Positions 60,371 to 64,000 of a stretch of DNA of 64,000 bases are shown in pieces. The notes beneath the pieces were generated by a model. The model saw nothing but the letters and a program-made list of their open reading frames with translations, searched no databases and had not been told where the DNA came from. A program made the translations under genes and the position numbers. How positions within the stretch are numbered: the stretch's first letter is position 1; each line of letters starts with the position of its first letter. The stretch lies in sequence record NC_025447.1. The stretch is one strand, 5' to 3'.

Positions 60371-60397
60371 AGACAAGCATCATTTTTGAGATATAAT
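60371..60397 (+). promoter_or_regulatory. RGACAA-N15-TATAAT promoter (clamp-like gene)
   Basis: AGACAA 60371-76, TATAAT 60392-97, A-rich upstream. Confidence 0.65.
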
Positions 60398-60462
60398 GGT
60401 GCTTGTAGTAATCTTACATAAAAAAACATTTTTGATTAACAAATAAAACGGAGAATTATATA

Positions 60463-61194
60463 ATGGATCTACGCAACGTACTACGTGACCTCGTAAACAC
60501 AACCAGCGGTATTGACTTCTCTTGTATTGCAGTAAGCAGTGAAGACCGTGGTGAAGGACAACGTGTATATCTAGAAGCGTACACGGATGACCGAACTCTT
60601 GTAATGCGAGCATATACTAAAGAAGATGTTCCTGAAGTTCAGGGTCGTTTTGGTTTAGGTAATCTAGGTCTTCTTCAGGGTCTAATGTCTCTAAAAACAT
60701 ACAGTACTGAAGGAACCACAATCACATCAAATGTTAAAGATGGTTCAGTTAAAAGTCTGGCATTTAAATCTGAAGATGCAAGCACTACATTTATGGTACA
60801 AGCTGAAAAACTTATTCCAGTTCAACCACGTTTCCATGAACAACCATATGACGTACAGGTTATTCCTAGTGCAGCAAAAGTTCAGGAACTAAAGAGTTTT
60901 TCTGGCGTATTTAAATCTTTTAGTTCTCTTGTAACTCCATATACTGAAGGTGACACCCTATACTTTCACGTTGGTGAGAAAAACAAAAGCAACCACGTTG
61001 GTTCTCTAGCTTTTTCTAAAACTGAAGGTGAATTAGGTCTTGGTTTTGGTTATAATATTGATCGCGTACTTCAAGCATTATCTCGCGTATCCAATGCCGA
61101 ATCAGTATCACTTGGTATTACTAAAACTGGTATGCTAAATGTAACACTAGATACTGGAATTGCAGTATACAAATTTTACGTAACAGGCTGCTAA
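60463..61194 (+). CDS. Probable sliding clamp (gp45-like)
   Basis: 243 aa near the polymerase; RFGLGNLGLLQGLMSL resembles T4 gp45 DVAIYDLNGFLGILSL. Confidence 0.55.
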   Translation: MDLRNVLRDLVNTTSGIDFSCIAVSSEDRGEGQRVYLEAYTDDRTLVMRAYTKEDVPEVQGRFGLGNLGLLQGLMSLKTYSTEGTTITSNVKDGSVKSLAFKSEDASTTFMVQAEKLIPVQPRFHEQPYDVQVIPSAAKVQELKSFSGVFKSFSSLVTPYTEGDTLYFHVGEKNKSNHVGSLAFSKTEGELGLGFGYNIDRVLQALSRVSNAESVSLGITKTGMLNVTLDTGIAVYKFYVTGC

Positions 61195-61258
61195 TATAAA
61201 TAACGGGGAACATAGTGTTCCCCAAATTGGTTTGATTTAAAAAGTAAAGGAATACAAA

Positions 61259-61465
61259 ATGCCATTATATACATATCGTTGTGAAAAAGAAGAATGCAAA
61301 CATAGCATGGAAAAAATTGTTAAAATTGCAAACCGTGATGAACCTCATGATTGTCCTAAATGTAATGGTGAAAAAACTATGAAGTTGGAAGTATTCACTC
61401 CAGGTGATAAGGGTGCTAATCTTTATTTCCGTGGAAAATGGTTTGCAAATACTGGAGGTTACTAA
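61259..61465 (+). CDS. FmdB-family zinc-ribbon protein
   Basis: MPLYTYRC...C...CPKC...F.GKWF. Confidence 0.85.
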   Translation: MPLYTYRCEKEECKHSMEKIVKIANRDEPHDCPKCNGEKTMKLEVFTPGDKGANLYFRGKWFANTGGY

Positions 61466-61466
61466 T

Positions 61467-61766
61467 ATGAAAATTAAAATGATTAATGATTACGTTCTTG
61501 TTCGACAAATTGAAGCACAGAATAAAAGTACTGGTGGTATTATTCTAGGTAATGTTGAACCACCATGTATTGGGATGGTAATTTCCGTTGGTCCAGGTAA
61601 AATTCTTCCGAACGGACAACTTGCAGAACATAATATTAAAGAAGGTGATATGGTTGTGTTTGGTCGTTCATCTTTGAACACACCTCTGACTGAAGATCTT
61701 GGTGGTGGTGAAGATACATATTATGTAATGAAAATCGAAGAGATTTTTGGTAAGAAAAATGGCTAA
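61467..61766 (+). CDS. groES: GroES-like co-chaperonin
   Basis: DYVLVR, KSTGGIIL mobile loop, VISVGPGK, IKEGDMV; GGAGG RBS before ATG 61467. Confidence 0.92.
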   Translation: MKIKMINDYVLVRQIEAQNKSTGGIILGNVEPPCIGMVISVGPGKILPNGQLAEHNIKEGDMVVFGRSSLNTPLTEDLGGGEDTYYVMKIEEIFGKKNG

Positions 61767-62484
61767 AAAGAAATTTATTCCATTTTGGATGGTCCCTGCT
61801 CACTGGGGACTTTCTGGAAAGGCAAAAGAGATAGCTAAAGCATACTACTACAATGATGATTATGAAGCTGATATGAAAGTTGCTGAATTGACATATCTAA
61901 CTCCATATGAAGTTGAACTGGCCCAATTGGATATTAAAAAGAAATATAGCGTAATTGGAGATTTGGAATATCTAATTACAGTACTTGATGTTGAACTAAA
62001 ATATTCTAAAATTACTCGTGAACAGTATAATGTTAAAGTTCTTGATGCAAAACTAAGTACTGGTTCTATTACTGAAAAAGAATATGATATGGAAATCATT
62101 GAGTTAATGCCAGACGGTGATGAAAAAAGGCTTAAGGCTATAGAATTTGCATATCGTTATGAAGAAATCACTCAAAGTGAATATTCAAAGGAGATATATA
62201 CACTTCGAAAAGAGCCTTGGATTGATTTGGATGTGGTTCTTGATCCTGAAACAAATGAAGTTGAGTTTGTTTTTGACTATAACGAATATTTCTGGAAAAA
62301 GTTGAAAGCCGAAGGTCATCCAGGTAATGATGAAGAAGAAATCATAGATAACTTTGTTAGAGACTTGGGGCGTAAACTTGCTACGGATGATTTCAGTGAT
62401 GATTACGACACAAAGCTAGTGAGTGCGAACGAAGGATTAGACAAGCTACCTGGTTTACCTGAAGGATTTCGTTCATATAGATAA
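61759..62484 (+). CDS. Hypothetical protein
   Basis: ORF overlapping the groES stop. Confidence 0.6.
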   Translation: MAKKKFIPFWMVPAHWGLSGKAKEIAKAYYYNDDYEADMKVAELTYLTPYEVELAQLDIKKKYSVIGDLEYLITVLDVELKYSKITREQYNVKVLDAKLSTGSITEKEYDMEIIELMPDGDEKRLKAIEFAYRYEEITQSEYSKEIYTLRKEPWIDLDVVLDPETNEVEFVFDYNEYFWKKLKAEGHPGNDEEEIIDNFVRDLGRKLATDDFSDDYDTKLVSANEGLDKLPGLPEGFRSYR

Positions 62485-62490
62485 AAATAA

Positions 62491-62520
62491 AAAAGGAGAG
62501 CATTTGCTCTCCTTTTCTTT
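62491..62520. terminator. Bidirectional terminator
   Basis: AAAAGGAGAGC-ATTT-GCTCTCCTTTT. Confidence 0.85.
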
Positions 62521-62529
62521 TGTAAAATA

Positions 62530-63219
62530 TTAAACCAATGCTGGGATGTATTGGAAAAGTTTAACACCGAAATCCCCTGCTGCATCAGCAGACTGGGAAC
62601 GTAGATAAACTTCAGTAACACCATCTTTAGCAAGTAGCGGAACACCAGTTAGATCATCAATTAGTAGACGGCCTTCTTCGGATTCAGTACTTGGTACACC
62701 TTGTGGTGATTTAAGATCTTTGTTAAAGACACCAGCACGTTCAACTAGGAAGGTTACAACGGAAGCATCAGCAATACTAACTGAACCTGCACTCAATACA
62801 CCATCAGGTGCGTTGGTGAAACCAGTAACTGGAAATACTTCAAGACCATTACCTGCGATGTTAGAGGTAGCGATGATAACCGCACGTTGTTGAACAACAT
62901 CGACAATACGTTTAACGTTAGTTTGTGCTGCATAAGATGCATTGTAATCAGCTTCTAGTGTGCCAAGAACAAATGCAGTTCCATCAATACGTTTGATACC
63001 TTTATCATTTAGATATGCTAGAATTTCTTCTGGAATATCAGTGTTTAGAAAACGTTGTAGACCAGCATAAGAAGAAACTGCACCAGTAACTAGAACGTTT
63101 ACGTTTCCTAGCTTACTGATAGCAATGGATGCTAGGGCGTTAGTGCCACAAAAGTAACCTAGAATACGTTCAAAGGAATAACCATTGATACGTTCAAAAG
63201 AAGTATTAGTATATGACAT
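62530..63219 (-). CDS. Abundant virion protein (paralogue 2)
   Basis: Capsid-like codon bias; QQRAV and ERAGVFNK shared with the neighbour. Confidence 0.5.
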   Translation of the reverse strand: MSYTNTSFERINGYSFERILGYFCGTNALASIAISKLGNVNVLVTGAVSSYAGLQRFLNTDIPEEILAYLNDKGIKRIDGTAFVLGTLEADYNASYAAQTNVKRIVDVVQQRAVIIATSNIAGNGLEVFPVTGFTNAPDGVLSAGSVSIADASVVTFLVERAGVFNKDLKSPQGVPSTESEEGRLLIDDLTGVPLLAKDGVTEVYLRSQSADAAGDFGVKLFQYIPALV

Positions 63220-63233
63220 AATCTATCCTCCTA

Positions 63234-63833
63234 TTATAGTTGAACAGGAAGAGCAGCACGTACTTTAATTGCTACAGCAGTAGATGCACCTGCATCACCA
63301 ACACCATCAGTACCTTGACTTACGAAAGTTTTGGTACGGAAAACTTTAGCTTGAGCGATAGACTTAGCTAGGTCAACAGTTGGATCAACTGGAGCAGGAC
63401 ATGCTGAACCAGGACGAACTTCTTGCTTGTTAAATACGTCTTGACGTTCACAGATGAAAGTCAATGCAACAGAATTAGCACCACCTGCTACATCAGCACC
63501 ACTAGTACCGAACGCAACTACGTTTGGATTAGCATTTTTGAAATCAGCAGGAATAACAACTTCTGAATCAAGAGCTAGTAGAGAGGTAGTAACTAGAACT
63601 GCACGTTGTTGTAGTAGTTGGGTAACCATGAATAGGTTATATTGAGCATTACTTAGAGCAGTTTGATACGCTTCAGCTTGAACATCAGAACCGTCAGAAG
63701 TAACTTTGGTAGTACCTAGTTCAACATCAGTTGGTAGATCGATTACGATGGTAACGAAACCGTTATTACCACCCCACCATTCGCGAGCAACGCTAGACAT
63801 ACCATAGTTACGGTTAAAAGAATTAAGACTCAT
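63234..63833 (-). CDS. Abundant virion protein (paralogue 1)
   Basis: GGAG RBS, GATAAATA upstream; QQRAV and ERQDVFNK. Confidence 0.5.
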   Translation of the reverse strand: MSLNSFNRNYGMSSVAREWWGGNNGFVTIVIDLPTDVELGTTKVTSDGSDVQAEAYQTALSNAQYNLFMVTQLLQQRAVLVTTSLLALDSEVVIPADFKNANPNVVAFGTSGADVAGGANSVALTFICERQDVFNKQEVRPGSACPAPVDPTVDLAKSIAQAKVFRTKTFVSQGTDGVGDAGASTAVAIKVRAALPVQL

Positions 63834-64000
63834 GAAAATCTCCTTGTCAAATTTTGTGCAGGTATATCCTGCTTAAAGTTATTTATCAAAAAATATCACT
63901 AGCATTTAAATTTACTGAGATATTTAATGAATTTCTATGATATTATTTATCAAATCTGGGAAAGTGATTCAAGATGTGCTATAATTATCAATGAAAATCA

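Noticed and set aside
1-64000. CRISPR array, diversity-generating retroelement, or stop-codon reassignment
   Set aside because: No regularly spaced direct repeats, no reverse transcriptase, and core genes are intact and densely packed under the standard code.

Overview
This is a 64 kb, AT-rich segment (roughly one-third GC by eye) of a T4-related jumbo myovirus. Gene content resembles the enterobacterial RaK2/GAP32/PBECO4-type jumbo phages; that placement is inference, with no search run. It holds most of the virion morphogenesis genes: fibres and spikes including a WcaM-like colanic-acid depolymerase, neck gp14/gp15, baseplate gp5/6/25/26/53, tape measure, portal, prohead protease, scaffold and major capsid protein. 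Interleaved are a ClpA-like ATPase, gp55 late sigma, gp47/gp46, an endonuclease VII-like gene, a family B DNA polymerase, a probable sliding clamp, GroES and two free-standing homing-endonuclease-like genes. A >=1204-aa fibre gene at <1..3612 (minus) is missing from the ORF track because it runs off the window edge. Four signals are not explained by the gene list. (1) An ~830 bp ORF-free island at 41977-42812 holds a promoter, a ~480 nt densely base-paired RNA and an AT-rich palindromic tract; it is a candidate ncRNA and/or R-loop-primed origin. (2) A 16-codon synonymously recoded patch sits at the 3' end of the capsid gene, beside a homing endonuclease. (3) The palindrome AGTACT is about five-fold enriched across the window. 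(4) A recurring RGACAA-N15-TAYAAT promoter precedes the T4 middle-type genes. No tRNA, rRNA or CRISPR array was seen.
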